DNA of 64,000 bases from Glycera tridactyla. Lineage: Eukaryota. The notes below the pieces were generated by a model. It did not search any database and was not told the origin of the DNA. It saw nothing but the letters and a program-made list of their open reading frames with translations. Shown here piece after piece: positions 1 through 14,712 of this stretch (positions are counted from its first letter, which is position 1; every line of letters begins with the position of its first letter). Made by a program: the position numbers and the translations under genes. Location: positions 69,130,001-69,194,000 of the forward strand of contig OZ286463.1 in the NCBI GenBank assembly GCA_965644265.1, in the 5' to 3' direction.

Positions 1-2044
1 ACCACAATGTGATAGGCTGGGACCAATTAAGATTTAACATCATTAACATGAGAATTATAATTGGTGCAAATCTAATGCATCACTTCGTCAGCCATCCTCC
101 AATTATCTTCCATCCTCCGACAGCCATATCAAATATTAATCTGATGCGAGCGTTCAATGACCTTGGGAGTCCGTTGTGACTCATGCTGTGGCTCATCAGA
201 TTCCTACAGTACATGTGCGATGAATTCTTCCATACCCCATGACAAATGTGAGTACCTGGTGAATGAGGGTCCGCTCATATGCATAGTCCGTTCGTTAGCA
301 GGCGCATACACCGTTCATTGATGATTGTGTGTGGCCTAGACCGTGTATTCGGAGGACCAAGAAGTGTAAGGTGAAAAGAAACAAACAAGGCAAAATATAT
401 TGACCACTCATTTCCGACCAAGAACCCTTGACCCTAATTGTGAAACTGAGGCCCCTATCGTTTCTGAATATTCGATTCAGACAAAAAAGGGAGGAGTGGT
501 GGTGTGTGGTGAGGGATAGATTGTTTGGAGGCACTTTTACCATTTTTCGTTATCACAATTGTTGACAATGAGTTGCGCCAGCTTCGCCGGTGTCTTCCAT
601 ACCACTAGACAATGAATTAGGATGTTATCTGAACATATCTGATTCCAGCTCGAGACGACGCCGAGCAGGAAAGACTCACAGTTCTCCTCACCTTGATCAT
701 ATCATCAGACTACGGAATTTGATTCAGACACAGTAATCAGATAAGACCGGGTCGCTTTTATCTGCTTAAGTGGAGATGCAATGTAACACTACCCAGCTCT
801 AATTTAGTGAAAGGCGAACGAGACCTACAATTCGCCAGCACTCATCAGCACAGAATGCCAAGCATTGCATTTGAATTGAGATCCCTTCCTTGTCAGTCAT
901 CTCTGTATACATTGACATCTAACACTGAACCCGCTCGATTTTCTGGCCATCCGCCAGTTCCCTTGGGAGTTTTGACCGAACAGTCACCTCGATGTCGAGA
1001 AGTGAGTCAGGGACTGCTTTATTCGGTATTTTTGGATATTTCGATGGTGCCAATTTTCTTAACGAATCAGCTTTGGAAAACATGTTGATCAAATGGGCTT
1101 GTCTTTGACCTCTGCTTGGAGCGTGAAAGCTAAATGTCAATTGAAAGTCGTTGTGTTTGTGTGAATTGCTTGTTCGTTGCTGTGTCGGCACACTCACTGT
1201 CAGCTGAGCGTCGTCCATTATTGATTTGAGATGAAAACGTTCATTCACTTGAAGCATGGACAATCATCATTGGTCCAATCGCATTTTATATCAGCTGATC
1301 CCAGTCAATGAACCTCCATGCCTCGATCCCCTCCCCATGAGGATGTAATCCAATATTCATCACTCCATGTATTGCTTCACGTTGTCGCACGTGCGCTGTT
1401 AGGATTCAATGAAGTTCACTTAAAATTCATGTGGCTATCACTGCTTTACTGATTCGCGTGGGTTTCGAACTGGGGGACCCTCACATGTACTGTCATCATT
1501 CAGTCTTGTTGATGACTGCAAAGTGAAGGGTCTTGCAAAACGGATGCAGAGAAGGTGATGAGATGGATGGGCCCTCACTGAAACCTTTTTCATTTCTGTG
1601 AAAATGGTGACGAATTAGAGTTGTGATATCAGAACTGACGTATCACAACACCAGTCACGTATTAAGCTTGACTGGAACATACTTATATCGACAGTGATTT
1701 GCGAGTCTAAGTTCCGAAAAAAAAATTCTAATGGTGTTCCTAACCCCTAGAGATGGCCAGATGAATGGCGGCACCATCCACTGGGAGATATGATGGAATG
1801 AGTAAAATTGCTCACCCGAGAGCAATATCGAATGATGACTGCCATAATTCAGTTTCAGACAACAAGCAGTCATCTTGGATGATATGTTCTGGTACTCGAC
1901 TACTGACGATTGCTTCATCTTCGTTTGACTTATACGAAAGTTGGATCAATGTACTCAATTTAGTGACTTACCCAACAAAATATCATTCCCACCTAACTGA
2001 AAAAGTTGTATACTAGAAGATGATGGACATATTGACTGGCATCA

Positions 2045-3735
2045 CACCTGTTATCATCACGTTCACGTGTGGTATCATCACGCTCACATGTGGTATCATC
2101 ACGTTCACATGTGGTATCATCACTCTCGAATGTGGTATCATCACGTTCACATGTGGTATCATCACGCTCACATGTGTTATCATCACGCTCACATGTGGTA
2201 TCATCACGTTCACATGTGGTATCATCACGTTCACATGTGGTATCATCACGCTCACATGTGGTATCATCACGTTCACATGTGGTATCATCACGTTCACATG
2301 TGGTATCATCACACTCACATGTGGTATCATCACGTTCACATGTGGTATCATCACCTTCACATGTGGTATCATCACGCTCACATGTGTTATCATCACGTTC
2401 ACATACATGTGGTATCATCACGTTCACATACATGTGGTATCATCACGTTCACATGTGGTATCATCACGTACACATACATGTGGTATCATCACGTTCACAG
2501 GTGGTATCATCACGTTCACATGTGGTATCATCATGTTCACATGTGGTATCATCACGTTCACATACATGTGTTATCATCACGTTCACATACATGTGGTATC
2601 ATCACGTTCACATACATGTGGTATCATCAAGTTCACATACATGTGGTATCATCACGTTCACATACATGTGATATCATCACGTTCACTTACATGTGATATC
2701 ATCACGTTCACTTACATGTGGTATCATCACGTTCACATACATGTGGTATCATCACGTTCACTTACATGTGGTATCATCACGTTCACATACATGTGGTATC
2801 ATCACGTTCACATGTGGTATCATCACGTCCACATAAATGTGATATCATCACGTTCACTTACATGTGGTATCATCATGTTCACATACATGTGGTATCATCA
2901 CGTTCACATGTGGTATCATCACGTACACATACATGTGGTATCATCACGATCACATATGGTATCATCACGTTCACTTACATGTGGTATCATCAAGTTCACA
3001 TACATGTGGTATCATCACGTTCACATACATGTGGTATCATCACGTTCACTTACATGTGGTATCATCCCGTTCACATGTGGTATCATCACGTTCACATGGT
3101 ATCATCACGTTCACATGTGGTATCATCACGTTCACATGTGGTATCATCACGTTCACATACATGTGGTATCATCACGTTCACATGTGGTATCATTACGTTC
3201 AAATACATGTGGTATCATCACGTTCACATGTGGTATCATCACGTTCACTTACATGTGGTATCATCAAGTTCACATACATGTGGTATCATCACGTTCACAT
3301 ACATGTGGTATCATCACGTTCACATACATGTGGTATCATCACGTTCACTTACATGTGGTATCATCACGTTCACATACATGTGGTATCATCACGTTCACAT
3401 GTGGTATCATCACGTCCACATAAATGTGATATCATCACGTTCACTTACATGTGGTATCATCACGTTCACATACATGTGGTATCATCACGTTCACATGTGG
3501 TATCATCACGTACACATACATGTGGTATCATCACGATCACATATGGTATCATCACGTTCACTTACATGTGGTATCATCAAGTTCACATACATGTGGTATC
3601 ATCACGTTCACATACATGTGGTATCATCACGTTCACATACATGTGGTATCATCACGTTCACATAAATGTGATATCATCACGTTCACTTACATGTGGTATC
3701 ATCACGTTCACATACATGTGGTATCATCACGCACA
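2045..3735. repeat. Minisatellite of 21-bp (CATGTGGTATCATCACGTTCA) and 25-bp (same plus CATA/CTTA) units
   Basis: Unit read directly, dozens of copies. Mainly 21-mers up to about 2400, mixed 21/25-mers after that. The long overlapping ORFs (TCGIITF/MWYHHVH/VVSSRSH) are translations of the unit. Confidence 0.97.
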
Positions 3736-4999
3736 TTCCCACAGTAATGCTGATGCTTCACTTTTGGCACAGAGTGATGCCACAAAAGCACATCTGTCTG
3801 TGACATCAATGAGATGCATCGATCACTGTCGAAGGCCGCTCATCTGACACAAATCACGTTTATTCAAACCCATCAAATTCAGTTTGGAGTCCGAGAGAAA
3901 TTCTCTGTTTACTTCGTAAATGAACAGTAATGAAATCAATGTCGTCCGAAATATCATTCGTTGAATCCCCCCCAAAAAATATTGTGTCGGTGATCTATAT
4001 GACATTGAACTCGACTTCGATGCACAGTTCAAGTTAGCCACCATCCCATACAAGGCCATGAAGATGTATAAGACATGAGCAGGCAGCCACCTGTGGGTTT
4101 GCGAGAATGACTGAAACTTGAATGTCTGATCCACAAAAAGAGGGCATTGTATGGCAAGTGTACCATATCGAGATATTTAGGACCAGCCGTTGTGGTGGTC
4201 TGACAGCTGAATGTCATGCATGTAAAATATTAGTACCATACAAGGCCAACAGATTTACTTAGGATATGGCTAATTAGAGGTCGATAAAGTGTTTCATCTC
4301 AGATGTGAGCATGGGGTGATGGTGTAGGCTGTTCGGTAGCAAAATATAAGTCCAGTGCAAGATAGAAGACACTGCACATCGATATGTTGTGAATCCGATG
4401 CACTGACGATAAAGGCTTGCATTATTCATCAGGGTGAGTGGGGTTGTTGATGGGTGGACCGAAACATGAATGTCTGGTTCGAAAATGATTAATCACCATA
4501 CATGCCTGGGGTTGTGTATTGGCAATGGAGATTTAGAGCGAGAGATTGTAGCTTAGTTGACTCGACGTGGCTGAGAGTTGAATGTCTGGCATGAAAATAG
4601 GCTAGCCTCATCAGGCTGGTGTCTTCTTGGGTACTCAAATGTGTATGACCATTAAGAATAAAGCATTGCGAACCATCCACTTTTCAGTGAATTGGCTCAA
4701 TAGAACATGGAATGTCGATCATATCAACTGGTAGATTGATTTATAATACTATCATTGGCATCCAATTGAAATAATCTCATTTTTGACATTGTCTTGACGT
4801 ATGGTTATGAATCAGGACGCTCGACTGCTGATTTATCCCAAGTGATAAATAATGAAGGATGTTTCTCCACATGCTAGTGAATAAGAACCCCAGGATATAA
4901 TTGATTTTCATGCAAACGACAAAATCTTATGTGAACATCCATATATACATGCATACATACGTACATGAAGACAACATCCCTACAATGACAAAGGCACTC

Positions 5000-5450
5000 C
5001 CCGCCTACAAGCCCACACAAAGGTGATTGATGCACCATCATCTCAGAAACGAGATAAAGAGTCAATAGATATATATGTTCAACAGTGATATGACAAATAT
5101 TAACGGCACCCAGCGCTAGTAGGTCATACATGGAATGAGATGTCAGCCAACATTTGCTGGCAGCATGATGTTCATGATGTTTGTAAACATGTGGACCTCA
5201 CTGATAGTGACCCAGACGCAACCGGCATATCTGTCACACTGCACGCAAGGAATGGACGAATGCCAAATCAAATATGAACAGAAAGCAACGAAGTGTCCTA
5301 GCTAATATTCCTGAGTGGCATCTTACCACTTGAGACAGGCAAAAATGTGGTGGAAAAGATCGAGGTGAGACCTTAGAAAATGTATGACAATGTTAAAATA
5401 GAGGACGAGCTCACTTTGTCTTCCATTGCAATGCCTCTAAGAGGACAACC
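5000..5450 (+). mobile_element. Degenerate non-LTR (LINE) ORF2 C-terminal remnant
   Basis: With frameshifts it reads NMNRKQRSVLA..GILPLETG...IEDEL(H)FVFHC (5271-5430). This matches the LINE ORF2 C-terminal pattern R.QRS.LA.FR.GILPL.IETGR...C..C..IEDE.HF.F.C. Confidence 0.6.
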
Positions 5451-7517
5451 CGATGAATCTGCCCGAGTACGTTGATGATCCCACTAAGGTCAACAGGATC
5501 ACATGTATGTGGAGAGATGCGAATACCATGCACTTCAGCAGGAGCCTAAAGAGACCATGTACATGGGTGGGAGGATAATCATTCACCCCTATTGAATGTG
5601 ATGAATAACTGATCGCCCATCCAATTTTACAACACGTACTGTTTGTATCACGTATATCTGAGTTGCCTACGCTTATTTCACTAGGAGCTTTGAGTCGCGT
5701 AGGCCATCAATGATATATGCTTCATAATTATCTAGAGAATTCCCATCCGTTATGAATGTTTATGTAATCACATGAGTCACCATCATAGATATGAGTGGAA
5801 CTACTCATACTGCAGTTGCTAAGGATACATGCAATTAGAATTACTATATCGTCGTGAATATGTTAACGAACTTCTTCTGAAATCAAGTTTTGTTGATTAT
5901 TGATTGTTGATTACATATGTAAGCGTCTACATTCATAGCCTGATCATCAGTCATCTCATATTCACCTTCACATCGTTGAATAATGTCATGAACCATGTAA
6001 AAAATGATGATTACAATACATCATGCATCACTTGATGATATCTGACCTTTGGAGTGATGCCATTTACACTTTTTAAAACCATTAAGTTGGCGTGTCTCGA
6101 TCATTCCCATGTCATTGGCTCGCTCATATGTCACATGGACATCCTGGAAGGTTGTGTGCAATGGGCTATTTCCAACTACTTTTCAGGTGATTATGATCGT
6201 CATCGATCATACCAGATGTAGCCACACCGATCTGAGGAACTATATCCTGATATCAGAACATCTTCCACTATTGTGCTAGAATTACCTGTGCCCTCACTCA
6301 TTCTTCCATCGTCGTATGTTTGTCGCAATGGGGACTGACTCTATATATGCAAGCGAAATCCATAAATCACTCAATTGTGGACGTATTATTCTGCTTTGAA
6401 GGTGTTTCTTATCAGAATAGACCAGATGTGTGCTACTCACGGCAGCTTGGAGCTTGGCAGAGGCATAATAATCTAAGCTGAAGCTATTCAAGTATTGATG
6501 CAATATGTTATCATAATACGTACCTGTTGAAGATAGAGATATATATTTACAGTCTCGTCTTCTTCTCAATAAAATATTATAAGGCCTCGTTATTCGTGGT
6601 GAGCAACAGGCACAAAATAAGCCACGCACCTGTATTATTTTAGCATATGCTTTCTCGGCCAGAAATTGGTCGTACGCGCTCAAGGAGGTCATCTCAATGG
6701 ATAGTCTAATAGTATTGAGTTGCTGTTAGAAGTCGATATCTGGTTAGTCTCGCTGACAAAAATATTCCACATCAGCGGGGTAAAATGTCAAGATTAGTGC
6801 TTTTCAACCACTCCCGATATTTTCATTTGAGTTAGATCAAATGTCGAGAGAATGAACCGGGACGAATGATACATATGGATGTAAGCTTCCGACTTATGCC
6901 TCGGTGTCTTCAGTGGCCTTTGATGGCAGTAGCTTCGCTCTTGTTAGAGATAGGCTAGGGACAATTGTCCTGGGCAACATTGGTCTGCTCAATTGAAACA
7001 GTTTTTGTCTAACCCACATTGTTCAGAACTCAATTGGACAATACAGATCCCGTATGATGGGAAGTGGGGCTGTACAACCACAGCTGAAGTTTGAATTGCA
7101 GTTATCAGTTCATGGTGAATGGCGAGATAGATGTAGCCAGGCCGGTCCTCACATGAATGACGTTGTTAACATTAGGATAACTACTACATTTGCAAGAGGT
7201 AGTGGTTTGCATCCTCAGTTTGACATTGTTTTCTATTGAGAGCTGTCCATATTGTCTATTAAACATAATTAAGTGACGTAATACGCCATAACAGGTTCAC
7301 CGATAACCTCATAACTATCCCAATATTACCACCCGATTATCAGGGTGACATGCATGAAGTTGAATAGACACTCATATGAAAAAAACGAGTTCCATTGCAC
7401 ATTGATGGCTATCTGTGAAAGTAGTTATTTTCATTTTGGAATTTTTCGAAAACTGGAGAACTGAGTTGATATCAAAACGAGTGGTGCCCCTTCCAGTCTT
7501 TGGTTATTTCGGAAGTA

Positions 7518-7694
7518 CAGTGGGACCTGTTTTGAGAGACCACTCTTTTGAGACTGCCCTAGTTCGAGAGACTGCTTTTCGTTGGTTCTCTCCTTTTTGG
7601 CAATAGACGAATATACCTACAATTAGAGAACCCCTCTGCTGAGAGACAGCTGGTGGTTGGCATTTGGGCCGGTCTGTCACGAGAGGTTTCACTG
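7518..7694. mobile_element. MITE, Tc1/mariner-pogo-like, TA target-site duplication
   Basis: TA|CAGTGGGACCTGTTTTGAGAGACC ... GGTCTGTCACGAGAGGTTTCACTG|TA. Imperfect TIRs of about 24 bp starting CAGTG, flanked by TA (7516-17 and 7695-96), 177 bp, non-coding. Confidence 0.75.
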
Positions 7695-10269
7695 TATCAA
7701 GTTTTTGAAGTCCACACATTGTATGTAGACATGTGGTATCTGCTTTGTAACATATGCTGCACATGACATCCAGGTGGTGCTCAGTGTTCATTCCAATTTC
7801 AAATGACTTCAGGTCAGCTTTTCGATATCATCAGTTGCATGCATGATGGGAGGTGGGAAAAGCAGTTGTGAAATCTGCGTTGGTAATTCACCTGTCACCA
7901 ACATCATATTGAACAGTGATTACAGCCTTATTTTGTTCAGCTTGTGTGAAACTCATNNNNNNNNNNNNNNNNNNNNNNNNNNNNNNNNNNNNNNNNNNNN
8001 NNNNNNNNNNNNNNNNNNNNNNNNNNNNNNNNNNNNNNNNNNNNNNNNNNNNNNNNNNNNNNNNNNNNNNNNNNNNNNNNNNNNATCAGGAATTGTTGAA
8101 TGATATAAATTTATGTCATGGATTTTGTAATATTGGGGGTGCATGACTAGTTTGGTGATATAATATTTCAAATGTAACAGAAGTACAGGTGTATCAATCA
8201 AGGTTAATCAGCATTCAATAGTTATTATCAAGACGCTTTGGAGGAAAGCCAACACAGGTGGCCTGGTGTAATTATCTGGATCCACGGAGATGAGAGATGA
8301 AGGAGACATGTTGGTAGCTGTAATCAAGCCTGTTTGATGGGGCAGAGCAGACAGATACGTGGAGCCAGCATCACTAAGAAGTCAATTGTTATCCACACCT
8401 GTCATCCGATGAGATTACCCATGCCAACTGAGATAGAGTGGGGGGGGGGGGGGGGGCTAACCCATTAGAATTTTGAGCAGGTGTCTGGGATGACTAAAAT
8501 CATCACTCATGGTTCTGGAACTCTATCCCAGACGGTCCATACACTGTCAATTCATTAATATACTAATCTATGTGGGTTGTGAACCATTCAAGACTCAAAG
8601 TGGAGTCTGTACGTCTGTGTGCTAGAAAAACCATCCCCGGTCACATTTCACCGCACACATTCATCGGACACTTATATCGCCGAATTATTTTATGAAGTGA
8701 ATATTATAAATTGATTTATGTCATATGGTGAAGACAGGAGACAATTCGATGCTCAATATTATAACGAGTCCCACATAAGATAAACTCAATTACGAATATG
8801 TCAAACTGCATAACATGTTATGATCTTCACTTTTGATCGAATTATTGTACGCATCGTTTCTGCTATTTTCTCTGAATAGATTTCACATCAACCTATGCTC
8901 AGTAGTGTATATCCCATCTCATGACTCCTGCTCATTGCTTCCATTTCATGTTCCGTCATCACACAGTTCTGTCGAGTATTTGGAGTGTCATTAAGTGCTG
9001 AGGGTGTTTTAGTAAAATTGTGCTTGCATAAGTGATAGCATAAGTGATACTGATATTTATCCGCGACAAGGTAATATCTCATAACATCTTATAAGAGCTG
9101 CCATATCAAGAAACTTCGACTGTTATTGGAAAACTCTATACACCCACGTCTCAGCAGGATAAAAAGAACTCATTCTCGTTCTCAACGAAGTTACCCGGGC
9201 TTTGGAGACCGGCACGGTGCCATGTGGCCTTTAATTGAGGCATTACACATCTTGGGTAGCGTTCGCACATCCTTTCCAGTGTCACAGACGCCACTTACAG
9301 TTCGATTCCCAGTACGATTGGTTTGTTTCAAAGAGCATGGAACAGGATTCAACCATGATCATTGTGTGTGGACCACTCGGATGATCCCAGTAGGTAGCAA
9401 TCCAGTTTATGCTCTATGCCATTGATGTCACGGCCGGCCTAATACATAGTGGAGTCATCAGCATATAAATACACTTGATCATAGTTCATCCAATCACATA
9501 TGTCATTCATTCATGGTATGAATAATTGCGGACCCAGGCTTGAACCCCGAAGAACCAGGATATATGTAGAGTCCGCTTGACACTTTATATATTGCAGTTG
9601 GGTGGCAACGGCAGACAGTACGGCGCATTTATTATGCACGCGAATGGCTGTGAATGGCTGACGGTGTCTGGTAAACAACGAGGGTGGTGAGGAAAATGAG
9701 CAATATACCTGAGGTCTATCACTTCTTCTCATGCCCACGATCCAAAGTCAGTGTATTCATGTTGATTATAAAGAGGTAATATATGTAGATATGAGAGATC
9801 TACAACTCTGAACCGGGTAGAATTTGTTATCCTCAAAAAAGAGAGAAAAAGGTCGAGCATTCTTTGAGGCTGAAGAGCTCCACTCAAACTTAATGGATCA
9901 ATTGAGAGCCGCCTTTTATATTTTGTCATCTCCGCCTATATTTGTCAACTCTATCAGTCCTTGCACGCCTTCGCTCATCAGTGTCCTGAAGAAAATACAT
10001 GACTAAAATAGCTGTAATGACATTTGATTGTCAGAGATGACGTAGTTCCTTATGCATACAAGCAGAGTACCATGTGGTCAATACAGAACCTAATCTCACG
10101 TGTCCTGTATGTGTTTGTAGATGTGCGTGTACTGTGTGTGTATATGTGCGTGCGTTTGTTCGTGAATATTGCGTGGATATTGCGTGAATATTGCGTGGCC
10201 ACATTGGTCTACCTTCGACTCCAGTCGTCCTAACCACGGATTTGGCCATCAGAAAGCATTTCTCACTTG

Positions 10270-10610
10270 CATGTCAATACAATATCTTGCGAAATCCATG
10301 TTTCTATCTATTGGACTGTAATGGAATGTCCCTTTAGGGAATCAACGAATGATCGACATACTATACCAAAAGAAAGATAGAATATCCCCGATGAGGTGAC
10401 TGACATGTTATCCTGACTGTCACCAATGAGATTACATGTCAATACTATATCTAGCAAAATCCATGTTTCTATCTATGAGGGTGTAATGAAATGTCTCTGT
10501 AGGGAATCAACGAATGATCGACAAACTATACCGAAAGAATAATATTATGGAATATCCCTGATGAGGTGACTGACATGTTATCCTGGCTGTCAACAATGAG
10601 ATTACATCAG
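10270..10610. repeat. Tandem duplication, about two copies of a 165-170 bp unit
   Basis: AAATCCATGTTTCTATCTAT...AGGGAATCAACGAATGATCGACA...GATGAGGTGACTGACATGTTATCCTG...CAATGAGATTACAT occurs twice in succession. Confidence 0.85.
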
Positions 10611-13600
10611 ACATATCCGAGCTGCAGTCATATGCGTCATGTGCACGAGCCATGTGGAGAATGTTCAAGATGCAAGTTTGACATCCTTCAGGCATTTACC
10701 AAACTTCACAATTACATCCCCAGTGTGTCAAGCTTGAATAGCCCACAGCTCTAATTTCATCCCTGGGCAGGTGTGATTGAGCTTGAGCATTCCTCGACTG
10801 TGATTGCATCCCTCTGTTGGTGCGCTCGGGTTAAATTCGATCGCACCCATCTGCAGACTATATCAACAAGGACATCGAGGACCAAGATTTCATTTCATTG
10901 GAAATCATCAGAATTTATGTTGAACATGTAGTGCTACAATTGTAGATCTGGTACAGCATATTTGTAGAACAGGTGATGTATTTGGCCTGTGGATCCTGTA
11001 TATGTTTGATGTCTCATCGTGTGCTAATTGAAGACAAGATGCTCGGGTCCATTGACGAAGTCGATGCAAGCTTCGAGGAGATTTGTACAGTGTGCAACAC
11101 CCTATAGTTGCTTCCGCTACCCAAAGCCAATTATCCGCAGCTGGAAGAAGAGATCGGAGGTTGGATAAAGGATTTTTTCAATTCGATAGTAAGATTGATG
11201 TCATGTGGTGGTCTTTTTTCTCTGCTCATCCATACCAAGCTGGATCTCCCAGCTGTGTGAGGAGATCCTCCTACATCGAGTGAATTACAATAGAGTACAG
11301 ACCGGAGATGTGCAGCTAATCTTCCCCACTGATACCAGTCGAGTCCCCATCTACATTAGACTAATGTGGACAGGATCCTAGTTTTCCTGGAAAGTCGGAT
11401 GTTCTGCCCAGCATACAGTATGAGACCGGCTTGGCAGCCACCCATAGACATGAGAGAAGGCTTATACTCCATTACTCCTCCCGGAAAACATCGAATTCCG
11501 ACCTGCGAATACCCACATCATTCTGTTCTGCTCGAGTGTATTATCATACATAACACAATTAGAGTATACCATCAATATGGGTTCTGTGTATCATGCTTGT
11601 TGGTGCTTCGGGCCGCGTGTTGTATCAGATCTGAAAGTGTCCATTTTTTCACATCTTACAGTATCACTGTACGCTCCTGAAGACTGCTGCTGAACTCGCG
11701 AAGTGAGAGGGCAATCTGTGATTTGAAGTGTCTGCAATCTCATTGCTATGCTAACATCATTCTGTCCAATTGAGGTAATACTCCGTGCCCATGGCGACTG
11801 GCTATGATGTTACTGCGCTGGGATGTTGTCAATTCTTTGGCCCCTAGCAATATTAGACCTGTTTTCGCAGATGAGTACCATTTGTTGAATGCATTTGTTA
11901 AACACAAATTGTCAAGAAATCACCAACTATGCGACCAAAGCCAAGCAACCATGAAACATTCATTCATAACTTCAATCACAGGCGCGGATGAGGAGCCTTC
12001 TAGCTAGGTGTTCATGAACGCTGCCAAATTGATCGAATGTCCCATCAGGTAATATACTTTGAAAAGGGTGTGACTCACAACCGATAGTATAAAGTCATTC
12101 TCAATTAGCACGTGTAAATTGAGTGCAGGAAAACCTCGATAGTAAATAGGTTCATCAAGTCCATGAGCCTCTCAATGCCATATAAAGTGAAACTGCCTTT
12201 TGGAACGTAGGCAGGACACCAATTTCATCCAACTAGAACCTCGCCCCAATCAATGGCAGTGTGACTAGACCGTTATTATGCCTTCTCACTGAGACCATGT
12301 GATGAAAGTGATAGGGCTGACGTGACAACGAGCAGAGGTTGGGCGATAATTGATAGTTGCACATGTGGGAGTTGGGATATTACCGTGTGGGGAGGCTTCT
12401 CATCGATCTGGTTGGTAGGCAGGCATTAGTTAGGAAGCCATCAACAGCAGTACATCTATCCATGACTTATCTTTGTCAGACCGTCCTCAACGNNNNNNNN
12501 NNNNNNNNNNNNNNNNNNNNNNNNNNNNNNNNNNNNNNNNNNNNNNNNNNNNNNNNNNNNNNNNNNNNNNNNNNNNNNNNNNNNNNNNNNNNNNNNNNNN
12601 NNNNNNNNNNNNNNNNNNNNTTCGAGATGTTCGAAAACCATTCTATCAACCAACAACCTTTATCATCCCCACCACCATCACCACAACCACCAACACCGCC
12701 ACAACCGTCACCACCCTTGATAAGAAAACTTGGCATTAATGCAGTGTTTGGTGCAATATAACCTTTCCCCTCTCGCGGAAATTGTAAATGTTCATGCATA
12801 AAAATATTGCGTGTCTGATAATGTATTTGTTATGTCAGGCGTACTCACCCGGGATACTAGACTGCAAGCCTCTGCATTTTTCATGACACTGCGACATTTG
12901 GTGCAATTGAGTTTGTGAATCATACCATTTTGCCAGACATCAGCACCTTACGCTATGAGGCGTCAAATACGTATGTTGTAAAAATGAAAGGAAGCAATAT
13001 GTTCTTAATGTCTTTGGAGAAAATCAAATGCAAAGGAAGGTGTTCAGATCTCATGAACGTTATCGCTGACACTGAAACTCTTTATTTCTTTTCGGGAAAC
13101 TTTTGATAAATCTTTTGCCTGCTAGAAAGTTCTATATCTCTGCATCAGGGAGACACATAAGACTACAAGCACCAACTTCACCCCGAGGGCCATTCATTAA
13201 TTCAATGAGAAAAATCGAACGAACCGACTCAAACTATTTCTTGAGTCTTGAATTCAAATTCAACTTCAACACCTTTCTCTGTGGCCGCATGGTCCAAGGG
13301 CCTTCCAGATCAGGGAAGAGGAATGTATGGGGAAGAAGGGCAAACACTCAACCCCAATGTGATTGTAAGAGCCATCTGAAAAGTGCCGCATGGTCACCTG
13401 ATGTGCCAAAAGAGTCTAGGCGTGCTAGAGAGACGGTGCTTGGCCTAGAGTCAATAGCTTCGATGGCTAACATATAGGAGCTTCAGCGAGGTATGTATCA
13501 ACTGGCCTCATACTCACTGATCAGAATGTTGATATAACTTCATATGTAAAACGATAAAATCTTACTGAGGATTTGTTCGCCCCGAAGGACGACATTCCTC

Positions 13601-14299
13601 TTGATGCTATTCGATCCACCTGGCTACTGCATCTCCTGCGTTGGATCGGCCTATCAACGACCGACGTAATTGGATTCCAATGGTAATTTGGTAGGCCGCA
13701 ACGCTGATAAGCACTTTGTATCCACCTAATAATGGTCGGCGATGACAATGCCCACAAGAGAGTGCAGTTTGAGCCAGCTGATAGATCAATGGCTATAAAG
13801 GGCAAATGGAGATAGTTTGCTATTGATCATAAGATAGACCACATATGTAAATCGTCTCAAAGTATGACACATATGTAGACAAAAATGCATGATAGAGTAG
13901 GTAGCGGCCCTGAGATTGTAATACGACAATGATGCATAGTGAGTGTTGACGTCGCAGATTGCATGTAGTGATGTATGGAAGTCGTTAGTGCTGATATTGG
14001 CTCCTTTGAATCTTGCTCCGCAATGCTATTAGTGTCCGAATCGGAGGACACGAAAACAATGATGCCGGCACAGAGGGATGACAGCGTCACAAATACAACA
14101 GTAATAGCTTTGTCTGCAACAGCAACACCTACTACTACAATTACCACTAGTACCACTACTACTACTAAAACTACTACTGCGACTGTTGATCGCTGTGGAA
14201 TTTCGGCCTATCATTATATCATACTATATCGTTATTCGTATTGCATATGCTTGGATTTTCTGTCATGCATTATGAGTTGATTATCAGAAAGCAACTGCA

Positions 14300-14712
14300 A
14301 TTACGAGCATATCTACTAGTGTACATGACTTCTGTTGATGAAATTGTGACTAATAGCCTCTCATTAGGGTGGGGATTCCATGCATTTGTCAATTTTATAC
14401 GGGAAAATAGAAGTGGGGGTGCACTGCCGAAAAACGAATCACTCCTGTCCCTGCTGGAATATGTGTTGGAATTCGACAACTTTGAATTTAAAGAGGAACA
14501 CTACCTAAATAGGAAAGGGGGGTACCGCTATGGGCACATAAGTAGCACCCTGCCTGGCGAATATCTTCATGGCCGACCTTGGAGAGAATTTTGTATACTC
14601 ATACGGACCAGACCCACTTCTCTTCAAAAAATATTTGGATGATTGCCTTGTAATGTGGGACCATGGCATTGAGGAACTCGAGAAATATGTCGAGTATCTA
14701 TCTCTCTGGCCA
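14300..14712 (+). pseudogene. Decayed Penelope-like RT fragment (second, diverged family)
   Basis: PKNESLLSLLEYVLEFDNFEFKEEHYL / GTAMGT*VAPCLANIFMADLGENFVYSY..PLLFKKYLDDCLVMW aligns by eye to the intact element (PKNSSLCKLLEITLKCNNFQFNEENYL..GTAMGTRVAPSLANIFM..EEKFVYSY..PLFYKRFLDDILIIW). It has one frameshift near 14515 and a TAA at 14539. Confidence 0.9.

Noticed and set aside
1455-1480. tRNA B-box-like GTTCGAAACCC on the minus strand
   Set aside because: No A-box or cloverleaf; at most a SINE remnant.
1993-3847. Many long overlapping ORFs (up to 467 aa)
   Set aside because: They are translations of the 21/25-bp minisatellite in several frames, with no coding signal.
4590-4620. CUGAUGA-GGC-UA-GCC on the minus strand (hammerhead-like)
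   Set aside because: Not followed by GAAA, and no stem I or III found.
6294-6692. 132-aa minus-strand ORF
   Set aside because: No recognisable motif or splice context; could be chance or an unidentifiable remnant.
10525-10575. CC-GAAA...CUGAUGA-GG arrangement resembling a type II hammerhead
   Set aside because: No proper UH triplet or stem III, and the sister tandem copy has CCGAUGA and lacks the GAAA.
11700-12450. Possible DIRS/YR or RT remnants (FADE, LGYYRVGRL)
   Set aside because: Isolated short motifs with no collinear support.
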